DNA of 64,000 bases from an uncultured archaeon (lineage in GTDB: Archaea > Thermoproteota > Bathyarchaeia > Bathyarchaeales > Bathycorpusculaceae), in contig CAWENF010000021.1 of assembly GCA_963810275.1 (NCBI GenBank), positions 231,452 to 295,451 of the forward strand, read 5' to 3'. Both the position numbers and the translations under genes were made by a program. Below the pieces are notes generated by a model. It was not told the DNA's origin, searched no databases, and saw only the letters and a list, made by a program, of their open reading frames with translations. Position 1 is the stretch's first letter. Each line of letters begins with the position of its first letter. Below, in pieces: positions 31,958 to 42,324 of this stretch.

Positions 31958-33241
31958 ATGGTTGACGTTTGGCTTCCCTACGGAAGAACCGATGTATGTG
32001 TAAGAGTCCCAGCACGAAATCTCCTCGGCTCAATCGAACCAAAAGACACACCAGCGGCACCAGACCAGAAAGCTGAAATCGAACGCGCCCTCAGTGAACC
32101 CATAGCATCTAAACGCCTGGGCGAAATGGTCAAACCCGAATCCAAAGTCGCTATAGTAGTCGACGACCACACCCGCAAAGCACCAAGCGACCGCATGCTC
32201 ATTCCAGTACTCGCAGAATTAAATGCGGCGGGCGTGAAAGACGAAAATGTCACAGTCATCTTCGGTTGCGGAACCCACCGAGCAGTTAAACCAGAAGAAG
32301 CAAAAGAACTCATAGGCGAAGAAGCGCTCAACCGCGTCAAAACATGTAGCCACTGCTGCACCCAAGAAGATGCTGTGCTAATAGGCATAACCAAAACGTA
32401 TGGCAACAAAGTCTTCGTTAACCGTGTTTTCGCAGAAGCCGACGTTAAAGTCGTGCTGGGCGACGTAAACTACCATTACTACGCAGGGTACGGTGGCGGA
32501 AGAAAAAGCCTCCTGCCAGCGGTGTGCAGTCAAGAAACCATCAAACACAACCATGGCATGCTTCTAGCAGCAGCCGCCCGTACAGGCAACCTCGAAGGAA
32601 ACCCTGTGCACATCGACATGACAGAAGCAGCACGGCTAGCCAAAGTAGACTTTATCGTTAACGTGGTGGAGAACAAAAAAGGCGAAATCGTAAAAGCCTT
32701 CGCAGGGGACCTCGAAGCTGCATTTCTTGAAGCAACAAAACTCGTGGATGAAATGTACCAGGTCACGGTGGACCGCCGAGCCGACATCATAGTGGTAAGC
32801 GCAGGCGGATACCCAGCAGACATAAACCTCTACCAAGCTCACAAAGCACTTGATAACGCACTTGACGCAGTCAAACGCGGTGGTGTAATCATCCTCGTCG
32901 CTGAATGCCTTGAGGGACACGGCAACGAAGTATTCTACGACTGGATGACAAGGCTACCAGACCTTAAAAGCATGGAGAAAGAGGTTAAACGCAACTTTGT
33001 TATGGGCGGACACAAAGCTTACTACCTCCTCAAAGCATTGCAGTCACACCCGATAATCTTGGTCTCGTCAATGCCTGACTTCTATGCCACGAGCATCTTT
33101 AAGCTCAAGACCGCCCGAGCCGTAAACGACGCATTAGCAGATGCACTTAAAATCGCCGGGTCAGCCTCACGGGTTTGGGCGATGCCGCAGGGCAACTACA
33201 CACTCCCAGTGTATAAGTTGATTGAAGAGAATAAAACCTAA
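31958..33241 (+). CDS. larA: LarA-family nickel-pincer-dependent racemase/epimerase
   Basis: DDHTR, GCGTHR, HYYAGYGGGRKSLLP, HNH, GGYPADINLYQ.HKA. Confidence 0.92.
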   Translation: MVDVWLPYGRTDVCVRVPARNLLGSIEPKDTPAAPDQKAEIERALSEPIASKRLGEMVKPESKVAIVVDDHTRKAPSDRMLIPVLAELNAAGVKDENVTVIFGCGTHRAVKPEEAKELIGEEALNRVKTCSHCCTQEDAVLIGITKTYGNKVFVNRVFAEADVKVVLGDVNYHYYAGYGGGRKSLLPAVCSQETIKHNHGMLLAAAARTGNLEGNPVHIDMTEAARLAKVDFIVNVVENKKGEIVKAFAGDLEAAFLEATKLVDEMYQVTVDRRADIIVVSAGGYPADINLYQAHKALDNALDAVKRGGVIILVAECLEGHGNEVFYDWMTRLPDLKSMEKEVKRNFVMGGHKAYYLLKALQSHPIILVSSMPDFYATSIFKLKTARAVNDALADALKIAGSASRVWAMPQGNYTLPVYKLIEENKT

Positions 33242-33340
33242 AACTCAAATACATCTATTGTAGAGCGGTAGACAAAGGATTAGCTTAAGCGTAAACTTTA
33301 AGTCTAAATGCAGAAATCCTGTTAAGGCAAGGCGAAACAT

Positions 33341-33820
33341 GTGCAGCAATCGTACACCCTGCGAAAATTCAAACCCGACGACTTACAGACCGTTATGCAG
33401 ATAAACCGTGTATGCCTCCCTGAAAACTACACTGACTTCTTTTTTGTTGACTTGCACCAGCGGTTCCCAGAAACATTTATTGTGGCGGAGGACGGCGGCA
33501 AAATCGTAGGTTACATCATGTGCCGCATTGAAGTTGGCTTATCCAACTATGGTTTCGGCGGGTTAGTACGCAAAGGACACGTGGTTTCTATCGCTGTCAT
33601 GCCCCAAGCCAGACGAAAAGGAGTAGCCAAAGCCATTATCAACCGTTCTCTGCAAGGCATGGAATACTACAAAGCCAAACAGGGCTTCCTTGAAGTTCGC
33701 GTAACCAACGACGCAGCTATTACGCTGTATAAGAATCTGGGCTTTGAAGTCACCCGCACGATCTCCGGGTACTACAGCGATGGCGAAGACGCCTACGTCA
33801 TGACAAAAAAAATAATATAG
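33341..33820 (+). CDS. N-terminal acetyltransferase (Ard1/RimI)
   Basis: INRVCLPENY, GHVVSIAV, LEVRVTN, YYSDGEDAY. Confidence 0.93.
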   Translation: MQQSYTLRKFKPDDLQTVMQINRVCLPENYTDFFFVDLHQRFPETFIVAEDGGKIVGYIMCRIEVGLSNYGFGGLVRKGHVVSIAVMPQARRKGVAKAIINRSLQGMEYYKAKQGFLEVRVTNDAAITLYKNLGFEVTRTISGYYSDGEDAYVMTKKII

Positions 33821-34569
33821 CCCCTAACAAAATTTTTTAGTTCTTTTATTCTTTAGTGAACCCAGATTATGCTCTCAAAGACGCTTTTTTATTTGGGTTA
33901 GGTTAATTTACTGTTATTCCCAAACCCTTCCTTGTCGTTGTGGTTATATTTAGAACAGCTTATGCAAATGGGTTTGCTTAAACGCAAAAAAATCGCACTC
34001 ATTGCACATGGAGAAATTGATTTTTCTATTTTCTTTTGGGACCCCGCTGGAGATGATGCCGCATGACCCCGACGTTAAAGCGCTGCTTAGAGTGGCGGTT
34101 GTATGGAATATACTAATCGCAATGAACAGATCTTCAGAGGATTTCTTGATTTCGTCACATCTCATGTGTGAAGAATACTGCCGTAAACTTCCTGACTTTG
34201 AAACCTACCACCACCGATTAGATATCCGTAATTGGGAAAACAAAAAAAGTTTCTTTTTCGGTAAAGAACAAATGGTAAAAAGCAGTTTTAATATTCTGCT
34301 ATACGCATACCGTGTAAAATATGACATGACGCTATATTGGCATGTTCAGGGAAAGTCCACTCCCACAACGCATCAGACAAAGAGAAAAAACTTGAATATA
34401 AAAAGAAGCATCAGCCAGTTTCAGTCTTGGTGCCATAAAAACCACCATACCGCATAAAGAGAAAAAACAAGTTAACACCTAAAAAAACGACTTTTGCTTA
34501 AATTAGAAAAAGAGTTACCACTAAACATAAATTATAAATAAAAATTTTAAAAAATAGAAAAGATTTGGG

Positions 34570-35427
34570 TTAAGCCGATTTCGGCTTGACTTTCTCATTG
34601 ATACAGGCTGCTTCTGAGTTGGCTTTTCGGATGAGGTCTGCGATGGTTTCTTTGGTTGGAATAGAGGCGCCAAGAGAAAGAGATATTGCTTTTTGGTGCG
34701 CCTGTTGCAGTAGTGGCTTAATGGTGTCTTTGCTTGGGTAACCGATGCTCAGAGCCAATGCGAATGCTTCTCGGTGGTTGGTTTCAACGGTCTTCTTGGT
34801 TGCTTCAACGTCAACGTTTAGTTGGTCGCCTGTGATTAGCATGCCGTTATCGAAAACCACACGCATGGCGATGCCGAGTTCGACTGATTTGATGTTGAGT
34901 TTGGATAAGACACCGGCAAGGCGCTCGTTTATGGGTTCACCTTTTCGAACGACAAGTGTGTCTTTGCTTATGCAAACGCTGCCGTTCTCGATTCTAGTGG
35001 GTAAACCGACTGCGTTTAGTTGGCTTATGACTGGTCCAGGTGGCTGTCCAGTGTTACTTGCAGGTATGACTACGTCGAAAGCTGCAATGTCGTTTGCTTT
35101 AGCGGTGGTTTTAATTTTGCCTTTCTCCAGCATCAACGCCAGCTTGAAGGGGTTTAGGTCGGTGAAAAGGAAAAGGTTTGATCCCTCCAAGTATGACTCG
35201 AGCTTCTTAAGTTCTTCCTTGTTCATTTCGTCAATGGCGATTTTGATAAGTGTATTCTTGAGCACGCGCAGGTAAACTTTGCCTTTCATGTTTTTCTTAA
35301 GTTCTTGCAGCTGAGTAGCGCGAACCTTCCTGAGACTGGCTATGCCGACAGATTTGTACTCTTTGAATATGTCCTTTATTTCTTCAATTTCAACAGATTT
35401 TTCTTGTAGTACTTGTTGGGATGGCAT
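34570..35427 (-). CDS. rpl10: 50S ribosomal protein L10 (aP0)
   Basis: KNTL, NPFKL, NTGQPPGP, LSKLNIK; no acidic C-terminal tail. Confidence 0.95.
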   Translation of the reverse strand: MPSQQVLQEKSVEIEEIKDIFKEYKSVGIASLRKVRATQLQELKKNMKGKVYLRVLKNTLIKIAIDEMNKEELKKLESYLEGSNLFLFTDLNPFKLALMLEKGKIKTTAKANDIAAFDVVIPASNTGQPPGPVISQLNAVGLPTRIENGSVCISKDTLVVRKGEPINERLAGVLSKLNIKSVELGIAMRVVFDNGMLITGDQLNVDVEATKKTVETNHREAFALALSIGYPSKDTIKPLLQQAHQKAISLSLGASIPTKETIADLIRKANSEAACINEKVKPKSA

Positions 35428-35441
35428 GATAGTTCAAACTC

Positions 35442-36092
35442 TTATGGTTTAATTTTCACGGGTTCGCCCATGCTGGTTTTGATGAAAGCGAACTTTACGT
35501 TCTTGAGGCCACGTTTAAGTCTGCCATCAAGAACACGAAGAACCGCCATAGCGTTCTCAGCGATATCCTCATCTTTCATCTGCTGGGAACCCACTCTAAC
35601 TTGGATGATGGGTTGGTTGCGCATACGCACACCAACAGTTTTACGATGCTTCACAATCAAAGCAGCTATGTCAGCGTTGGGCGGAACTGGAATGGGCATT
35701 TTGCCGCGTGGACCCAGAACTGGACCCAGAATTCTACCGACAGTCGCCATCAAAGGTGCCTCGGCGATAAAGACATCATAGGTGGTTGCAAGTTTACGCA
35801 ACTCTTTCTTTTTACCATTAAGCGCTTCTAAATCAGCGCGGTCAAGAACAAAGTTAGCATTGCCATTTTTCGCTTTAACAGCGAATTCACCTTGAGCAAC
35901 AACGCAAACCTTGTTAGGCTTAAGCGTGTCATGTGGAAGCTCAACGACCTCCTGAATTTTGCCTTCAGGAGCTTTCATGTCAATTTCTTGAATGTCCAGA
36001 ATCAAATCTACGGACTGGTTGAACTTTCTGTCTCCAGCGTTAGACTTTGCCTGTTTTACTGCTTCAGATATGGTCTTGTTGTCTAGGGGCAT
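35442..36092 (-). CDS. rpl1: 50S ribosomal protein L1
   Basis: RKFNQSVDL, LGPVLGPRGKMP, KTSMG. Confidence 0.98.
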   Translation of the reverse strand: MPLDNKTISEAVKQAKSNAGDRKFNQSVDLILDIQEIDMKAPEGKIQEVVELPHDTLKPNKVCVVAQGEFAVKAKNGNANFVLDRADLEALNGKKKELRKLATTYDVFIAEAPLMATVGRILGPVLGPRGKMPIPVPPNADIAALIVKHRKTVGVRMRNQPIIQVRVGSQQMKDEDIAENAMAVLRVLDGRLKRGLKNVKFAFIKTSMGEPVKIKP

Positions 36093-36150
36093 TTTTAAGC
36101 CTCGTGCGAATAGGGGATAAGAAACCCGTTATAAAAATATTCGCTTTGCG

Positions 36151-36633
36151 TTAAGCGAATAAGTTATCGTAGTTTCCAGAGTCTATTTCTTTCTGGACTT
36201 CTCGTGGATCCTTGCCTTCTACCGTAACGCCTATGCTCACGCATGTGCCAAGCAACTCTTTAGAGGCCTGCTTAGTGTCAGGGGCCAGAAGCTGTGGGGC
36301 TTTAATTTTCGCAATTTTAACCACTTGCTCCATAGTCAAGTCGCCTGCTTTAACAGAGTTAGGGGTACCGGAACCTTTCTCAATCTTTAACTCCGCAACA
36401 ACCAACGCGGATGCCGTGGGAGTGCCAACTGATACTTCGAAGGTTTTATCTTCAGGGTCAACACTCACCTTAACTGGAACTTTCATGCCAGCATAGTCTT
36501 TGGTGACTTCGTTGATTTTATTGACCACTTGAACAATGTTGACGCCTAACGGGCCAAGAGCTGGGCCCAATGGTGGACCTGCGTTAGCTTGACCGCCGCT
36601 GACGATTAATTCAACAATTTTTTTGTCTGCCAT
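36151..36633 (-). CDS. rpl11: 50S ribosomal protein L11
   Basis: [25 protein letters not shown]. Confidence 0.98.
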   Translation of the reverse strand: MADKKIVELIVSGGQANAGPPLGPALGPLGVNIVQVVNKINEVTKDYAGMKVPVKVSVDPEDKTFEVSVGTPTASALVVAELKIEKGSGTPNSVKAGDLTMEQVVKIAKIKAPQLLAPDTKQASKELLGTCVSIGVTVEGKDPREVQKEIDSGNYDNLFA

Positions 36634-36644
36634 AGGTTTTCACT

Positions 36645-37118
36645 TTATGCTTTTGCTTTTTCAACTAGTTTTACATAGTCTGAATGTACTGTGATAGGCA
36701 AAGTAAACGTTGCTTCGAGCAATTCGAGGGTGACTTCGCCTTTGGACTTGTCGAGTCGTGTGATTTTAGCGCGCATGCCCTTGAAAGGTCCGCCGGTGAT
36801 TTCCACGACGTCGTCTTCATTTAGGTCTTCCATAACGGGTTTGCGCACAATATATCGTTCAATTTCGCTAAAGCTTATGAGGCCAGGAATACGGTTTCGG
36901 ACGTGTCGAACGCCAGAGATGGCTTCTTCGACTAGGTGTGGGCCGTCCGCTTCTATGAAGACGTAGCCTTTGAGTGTGTCGGGAACGAGAAGAGACTTTA
37001 TTGGGATATGAGCCATTTCCACTTTTGAAGCGATTAATCTAGCAACATTGCGTTCTTGCCCAGTGGTTGTTTTAACTGCGAAAATTTTTACTTGATAAGT
37101 CCCTTCGTTTTTGTCCAT
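36645..37118 (-). CDS. spt5: Transcription elongation factor Spt5
   Basis: AVKTTTGQE, KGYVFIEA, KOW GGPFKG. Confidence 0.97.
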   Translation of the reverse strand: MDKNEGTYQVKIFAVKTTTGQERNVARLIASKVEMAHIPIKSLLVPDTLKGYVFIEADGPHLVEEAISGVRHVRNRIPGLISFSEIERYIVRKPVMEDLNEDDVVEITGGPFKGMRAKITRLDKSKGEVTLELLEATFTLPITVHSDYVKLVEKAKA

Positions 37119-37134
37119 GAATCGTTCTATCCTT

Positions 37135-37302
37135 TTAACCTGTAATGGTTACGGCTACAAGTTTAATTACATAACCGATTAAACCGATTGCACCGACGCC
37201 TAAGAGGCTGATTTTGACTGAAAGCCAAAGCTCTTCACGGTCTGGTTTAATGGCTAGTTTAAGTGTTCTTCCTGCTTGCTGAAGCCAAGATTTAATTCCC
37301 AT
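37135..37302 (-). CDS. secE: Protein translocase SecE/Sec61 gamma
   Basis: Manual translation MGIKSWLQQAGRTLKLAIKPDREELWLSVKISLLGVGAIGLIGYVIKLVAVTITG; usual position before spt5. Confidence 0.93.
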   Translation of the reverse strand: MGIKSWLQQAGRTLKLAIKPDREELWLSVKISLLGVGAIGLIGYVIKLVAVTITG

Positions 37303-37425
37303 TTTTTACCGCACCCTTCAAGATTTCATTCAGATATAATAAACGTTACTGTAAGTTTTAGGTTTAAAAAACTACTGTATATAGGCTAATAAGCGTTCCC
37401 CGATGGACATGTGCGCAGGTTGTAA

Positions 37426-38250
37426 CTATACTTTTTGGTAAGGTAACCCAGCTGATTCCAATGCTGCTAGCAAAGCAGGCTTGTCTTCACTTCGGATTCC
37501 TTTCCAATCCAGTAGCGCCAGCGGCACCTGCTCCAAAGTCCGCTCCACACACTGCTTAACCACCTCTGAATCCACATTGGCTACAGCATATTTGGGAATC
37601 ATATGTCCAAACGTGGCGGCTCCGACCAAAGCCATAGTAGTGAACCTCTGGTTGTAGTGTGTTCCGCCTACGCCCAAAACAGCAGATGACTGATGCTCAC
37701 TGAAGGTGGCGACAGCTGTCATGACGCTATGAGCGACAGCCTCCGCCGCCTTAGGATCAGCCCACTGCTCCTCGCAACTACCTAACTCAGCAAACATTGT
37801 GGGAACTTTGAGGCTGGGACCATGATGGGTGCATTCGTAACTGACTTCATAGTGGAATATGTCAAGCTGCTCCTTGTAATGAGTGAGGGCACGTAACGCG
37901 GTTTGCATGGCGACTGCGGGAGCAACCGAGATTGATTTGGGTTCCCCACCGAGTTCTGCTTCAGCAAAGTTTCCTGGAGTATGGACAGTAAGGGTTGGTT
38001 TCCCGCTTTGGCTGCTGTGCCTTGAGATAAATGTGATAAGTTTGGCTTCTGGAAATTTTTCTGGCAAATCCTGTGCAGTGACAGATTCACGACTAAGCGT
38101 GATAAGAGTGACTTTTTTGCCGTTTACGTCGGCAGTATAGAAAGGGTTGCCTTCGAAGGTGGAATTTTCTGTGAAGACATAGTTTTTAAGGATTTGTTGC
38201 TTGATGTTTTGACTTGCTGGGTCTTGGGTGGAGGATACGAGTAGGATCAT
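37426..38250 (-). CDS. dtdA: Archaeal D-aminoacyl-tRNA deacylase
   Basis: SRHSS, LTVHTPGN, ECTHHGP, ELGS.E.QW, GGTHY. Confidence 0.93.
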   Translation of the reverse strand: MILLVSSTQDPASQNIKQQILKNYVFTENSTFEGNPFYTADVNGKKVTLITLSRESVTAQDLPEKFPEAKLITFISRHSSQSGKPTLTVHTPGNFAEAELGGEPKSISVAPAVAMQTALRALTHYKEQLDIFHYEVSYECTHHGPSLKVPTMFAELGSCEEQWADPKAAEAVAHSVMTAVATFSEHQSSAVLGVGGTHYNQRFTTMALVGAATFGHMIPKYAVANVDSEVVKQCVERTLEQVPLALLDWKGIRSEDKPALLAALESAGLPYQKV

Positions 38251-38351
38251 GAAGTTTACTCCGCATAGTTGGTTGGGTGTTTGTGCGGAAAAAGCTTTTG
38301 CATAAAGCTTATTATGGCATGGTTGAATTGGCTATTGACGGCGCATTAAAG

Positions 38352-39266
38352 ATGCATTTGCTCAACTTCAAGGATTTATCTGGCTGTCAGCTTGAAGAAA
38401 TGGTTGATTTAGCCCTAAAAGTCAAATCTGACCCCAAAAAATACCTTAAAAGCCTTGAAGGTAAATCAGCCGCATTGATTTTCCAGAAAACTAGCACTCG
38501 CACCCGCGTCAGCTTTGAGGTTGCTATGACCCAGCTTGGCGGACACGCTTTATACATTGATTGGAGAAGCGCCAACTTCGCTTTGGCCGATGTTGGAGAC
38601 GAAATCGAGTATCTTTCGCGAAACGTGGACTGCATAATGGCACGCCTTCTTTACAATGCAGATTTGCAGAAGATGACGGCTTCTTCCCGGGTGCCAGTGG
38701 TGAACGGTTGTGACGACAAATACCACCCCAGCCAGGCAATAGCTGACTTAATAACAATTAAAGAGCGAAGGGGCAAACTTGCCGGTGCCAAACTGGTTTA
38801 CTTTGGTGTGCATAATAACGTGACAAACAGCCTCATTGAAGCATGTACCAAGACAGGCATCAAAGTTACCACTGTTACGCCCCTATTTAACGAGGCTGCT
38901 AGAGACGAAGAAATCCTTGCCGAGGGGAAGAAAAGCGGGTTATGGGAAGTTACGTTGGACGGCAAAGCAGCTGTTGCCAACGCTGATTTTGTGTATACGG
39001 ACACTTGGATTGACATGGAGTTCTTTACTGACCCCAAGTTTGCAGAGGAAAAAGAGAATCGAATTAAGCTTATGATGCCTTACCAAATCAACACTGAGTT
39101 GCTTAAGGGCAGTGAGGCATATATTATGCATGATATGCCTATTCATCGGGGATATGAAATCAGCTCGGAGGTCATTCAAAGTCCGAAATCAGTGATTTAT
39201 GAGCAGGCAGAAAACCGTCTATACTCAGCTAAAGCTATCTATCTCAAACTTTTAGAGGTAGTTTAG
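38352..39266 (+). CDS. argF: Ornithine carbamoyltransferase-family protein
   Basis: KTSTRTRVSFE, HPSQAIAD, QAENR; variant HDMP and WIDME loops. Confidence 0.85.
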   Translation: MHLLNFKDLSGCQLEEMVDLALKVKSDPKKYLKSLEGKSAALIFQKTSTRTRVSFEVAMTQLGGHALYIDWRSANFALADVGDEIEYLSRNVDCIMARLLYNADLQKMTASSRVPVVNGCDDKYHPSQAIADLITIKERRGKLAGAKLVYFGVHNNVTNSLIEACTKTGIKVTTVTPLFNEAARDEEILAEGKKSGLWEVTLDGKAAVANADFVYTDTWIDMEFFTDPKFAEEKENRIKLMMPYQINTELLKGSEAYIMHDMPIHRGYEISSEVIQSPKSVIYEQAENRLYSAKAIYLKLLEVV

Positions 39267-39972
39267 CACTTAAGATGGTCCACGCTGTACTCCACGCCGT
39301 TAACTAACACTCGTATGGGTACGTAAGTAGCGCAGTTAAAATGGAAACCGGAGAGTACGAGGCAGGCGCGATTGAGATGGATAGGTATGTTTTGATTTCA
39401 AGCAGATATCCATAACGTTTGAGTGAAAAGTGAATTGCAAGAGATAATATGATATGCAAGTCGGTTACTTTGGGAACTACTTTATTCAAAATGAAAGCCC
39501 TTTACTAGCCAAAAAAAGGAGGGTTATGCAATATAATAGTATGAGGTATCACCTTATACTACTACTAAAGCGTATAAGTGGTTTATTTTTTTTACAGATT
39601 AGAAAATGGGAGGATTATTTAATTCTTCATTTTCTTAGAAAATGAACAAAATATAACTGTTTTAAGTCAAGGGCACACTAACTCGTTGCATGCCATTAAA
39701 TAAGAAATGAATATGCCCGTGTGATTGATTTCTCCAGGGAGTAGACGATTCAAAGATCATCCCCAAAATATTTGAGGAAGGCAAAGTACAACTAATTATT
39801 CTTGTTTTGGGTTTCTTTATTAATAGTTGACTGATGGCTAGTGATACGGGGTTATCGAACGCGCAAAAAATACGATTAGGATTCATATAATTCATCGATT
39901 ACCAAATGTTTACAGCAAAGTTTGGAAAGAATTAAATTTCTTAATATAATTGAATATATTCGGTTGTTATTG

Positions 39973-40272
39973 ATGTCTGAAAGAAATAGTCTCGCAGGCC
40001 TTTTTATTCCCGGTTGCTTATTTTTGGGCTTAGCAATGGGCTTTCTTCTTGGTAATCTCGTAGCCGGCGTATTTTTAGGCTTAGGAATCGGTTTTCTACT
40101 ATTCGGGCTTGCCATGCATTCAAGCAGCATGAAAGGTGTACTTATTCCCTCGGGATTATTCTTGGGTCTGGGGCTTGGCTTTGTTTTCGATAATGTAGTG
40201 GCTGGAGTTTTTTTGGGTTTGGGAACCGGTTTTCTCCTTTATGCCATTGCTAGGATAATACGAAATAACTAG
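39973..40272 (+). CDS. Small Gly-rich membrane protein with an internal duplication
   Basis: Two copies of (F/L)IPxxLFLGLxxGFxxxNxVAGVFLGLGxGFLL. Confidence 0.75.
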   Translation: MSERNSLAGLFIPGCLFLGLAMGFLLGNLVAGVFLGLGIGFLLFGLAMHSSSMKGVLIPSGLFLGLGLGFVFDNVVAGVFLGLGTGFLLYAIARIIRNN

Positions 40273-40379
40273 TGCCTACTATGTAAAAATCGAAAAAATT
40301 ATGATTTAGCAGCTTCAACGAACAGCAAGTGCGCTCCATCTCACAGTCTATTTTGTTTTACCAACTATTCGAAGATGGG

Positions 40380-40829
40380 CTATTTAGTGCTTCCTTGAAA
40401 GAGCTTTCGTCCTTTTTCTGTGTATTGCACAAGCCCCAACTGCATAAAAAATGCCAAATCTGGAGTCGGCACTCGTTTGCCCCAAACAATTTTGTCATCT
40501 TTTATTCGGTACATATCAACAACTAAAGATGTCACCTGCTTACCCGTAGGCGCAAGCCCCATAAATGCTCCCTTATTTGTCCCACTGTAGCGGAGTAAAA
40601 TCCAGATTTTATCACCCTCTGAGATAATGTCTTCAATTGTCTCATTATAGTCAGGAAATGCCATAAACGCCATAGTCATCATTTGCTTGAGTCCATCTAA
40701 TCCCTTCATTTCAGGATATTCGGGGTCAACATAGTCTACAGAAATTAAATTGTCGAGTAAATCAAGGTTATGCTTATTGTAAGCCTCTATAAACTTTTCA
40801 AAGATAGCTCTATTTTTTTGTGCTGACAT
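40380..40829 (-). CDS. SnoaL-like ester cyclase (NTF2 fold)
   Basis: AFPD...IEDIISEGDK, GTNKGAFMGLAPTGK, YRIKDDKI. Confidence 0.88.
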   Translation of the reverse strand: MSAQKNRAIFEKFIEAYNKHNLDLLDNLISVDYVDPEYPEMKGLDGLKQMMTMAFMAFPDYNETIEDIISEGDKIWILLRYSGTNKGAFMGLAPTGKQVTSLVVDMYRIKDDKIVWGKRVPTPDLAFFMQLGLVQYTEKGRKLFQGSTK

Positions 40830-41044
40830 CAAAAATTACCTTTTTTGTTACTAACGGGATGCTTAATATCTGTTTTGCGAGGCCACATTGTTATAACCCA
40901 TATTTGCGATTTGGATATATAATTTAATTTAGTTTTGACTAACAACTGTGAGAATTTTGATAAAATCTTCAGTATGTAGAAAATTTACCTTCGAAAAAAT
41001 CGATTAACTTTTAAATTCTTAAACTAATTAAATAGTGGTAAACT

Positions 41045-41842
41045 ATGACTTCTTTTTTTAAGAAAGCAAACGGGACGCTTGCGTTTGACGACAGCGGCGG
41101 AAAGGGCGAGACGGTTCTTATGCTGCCTGGCATGGGTGCGTTAAGAAGCGAATACCGCTATTTGGTGCCTGCTCTGGCACAAAACGGTTATCGAACAGTA
41201 ACAATGGATTTGCGTGGTCAAGGTGAATCCAGTGTGCCTTGGGAAGAATACACAATCAGCGCCGTAGGAGAGGATATACTTGATTTGCTCAATCACTTAG
41301 GCGTATCCTCCGCCCATATCGTGGCAACTTCTTTTTCTCCTGCACCTGCAGTTTGGACGGCAATTCAAAAGCCAGAAGTGGTAAAATCGCTTGTCTTAAT
41401 CAGTCCGTTTCTACACGACGAAAAACTAAGCTTAGCAAAAACACTTTCGATGGATGTGCTGCTTCATGGTCCTTGGAAGGTTTCAGCTTGGGTATCATAC
41501 TACAAAACGCTTTACCCCATACATAAGCCTGATGATTTTGACGAGTACTTATCACAACTAAGTGACAACTTGAAGGAGAAGGGGCGTTTTGAAGCTGCCA
41601 TGGCATTGGGTTCCCAGTCGAAGAGTGAGATAGAATCCCGTTTATCTATGGTTAAGCAGCCTACCTTGGTTATTTTCGGCACTTGCGACCCTGATTGGTC
41701 AGACCCCATAAGAGAAGCTCATTTAGTAGCGGATAAGTTGTCGGGTGAGTTGCTGCTTGTTGAGGGAGCAGGTCACTATCCGCAGACAGAAATGCCTCAT
41801 AAGGTTAATTCCAAGATTGTAGAGTTTATCAAAAAAGTTTGA
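41045..41842 (+). CDS. Alpha/beta-fold hydrolase
   Basis: DLRGQGES, ATSFS nucleophile elbow, GAGHYP. Confidence 0.88.
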   Translation: MTSFFKKANGTLAFDDSGGKGETVLMLPGMGALRSEYRYLVPALAQNGYRTVTMDLRGQGESSVPWEEYTISAVGEDILDLLNHLGVSSAHIVATSFSPAPAVWTAIQKPEVVKSLVLISPFLHDEKLSLAKTLSMDVLLHGPWKVSAWVSYYKTLYPIHKPDDFDEYLSQLSDNLKEKGRFEAAMALGSQSKSEIESRLSMVKQPTLVIFGTCDPDWSDPIREAHLVADKLSGELLLVEGAGHYPQTEMPHKVNSKIVEFIKKV

Positions 41843-42324
41843 CAGAAGAGATTTTTCAAATTCTATCAGTCACATACTATAACTCTTTTTTATCATCAAG
41901 TTGTCTTCAATTATTTCAATATGGACACTCAGAAATTTTTAAAATAACCCAGCAGTAACTATAACTTTTAGCTATTTTTCCATCAGCTTCTTAGCCATCG
42001 TGAAAATGCTGAAAAAAATGGTTGTTATTTGCTTTAGCAGTTTTAGTATTTCAGGTATTGCAATATGCTTGCAAAATAAAAATACTGGCTTTGACTAGAC
42101 AGACGAATTAGAAGGTAGACTTTAGTATAATTATATCGTGAGAATAAACTAGAAATTCAATAAGAACTTTGATAAACATATTTTACACTGCAATGTGTTT
42201 GAGAAAAGCAAGAAAACTCGAAAAAACGAGCTTTGGTGCAATGGACTAAGTATTAATCGAAACTTATCAGCCCTTTATTGCGCACTTTCAAAAAAGCCAA
42301 AGAAGTTGCATAAATTCGTGAGAA

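Noticed and set aside
34002-34457. 151-aa ORF in the ard1-rpl10 spacer
   Set aside because: No recognisable motif and low-complexity A-rich 3' half; cannot be supported as a gene.
39270-39420. Possible integrase C-terminal remnant after argF
   Set aside because: No catalytic R-H-R-H-Y residues could be aligned.
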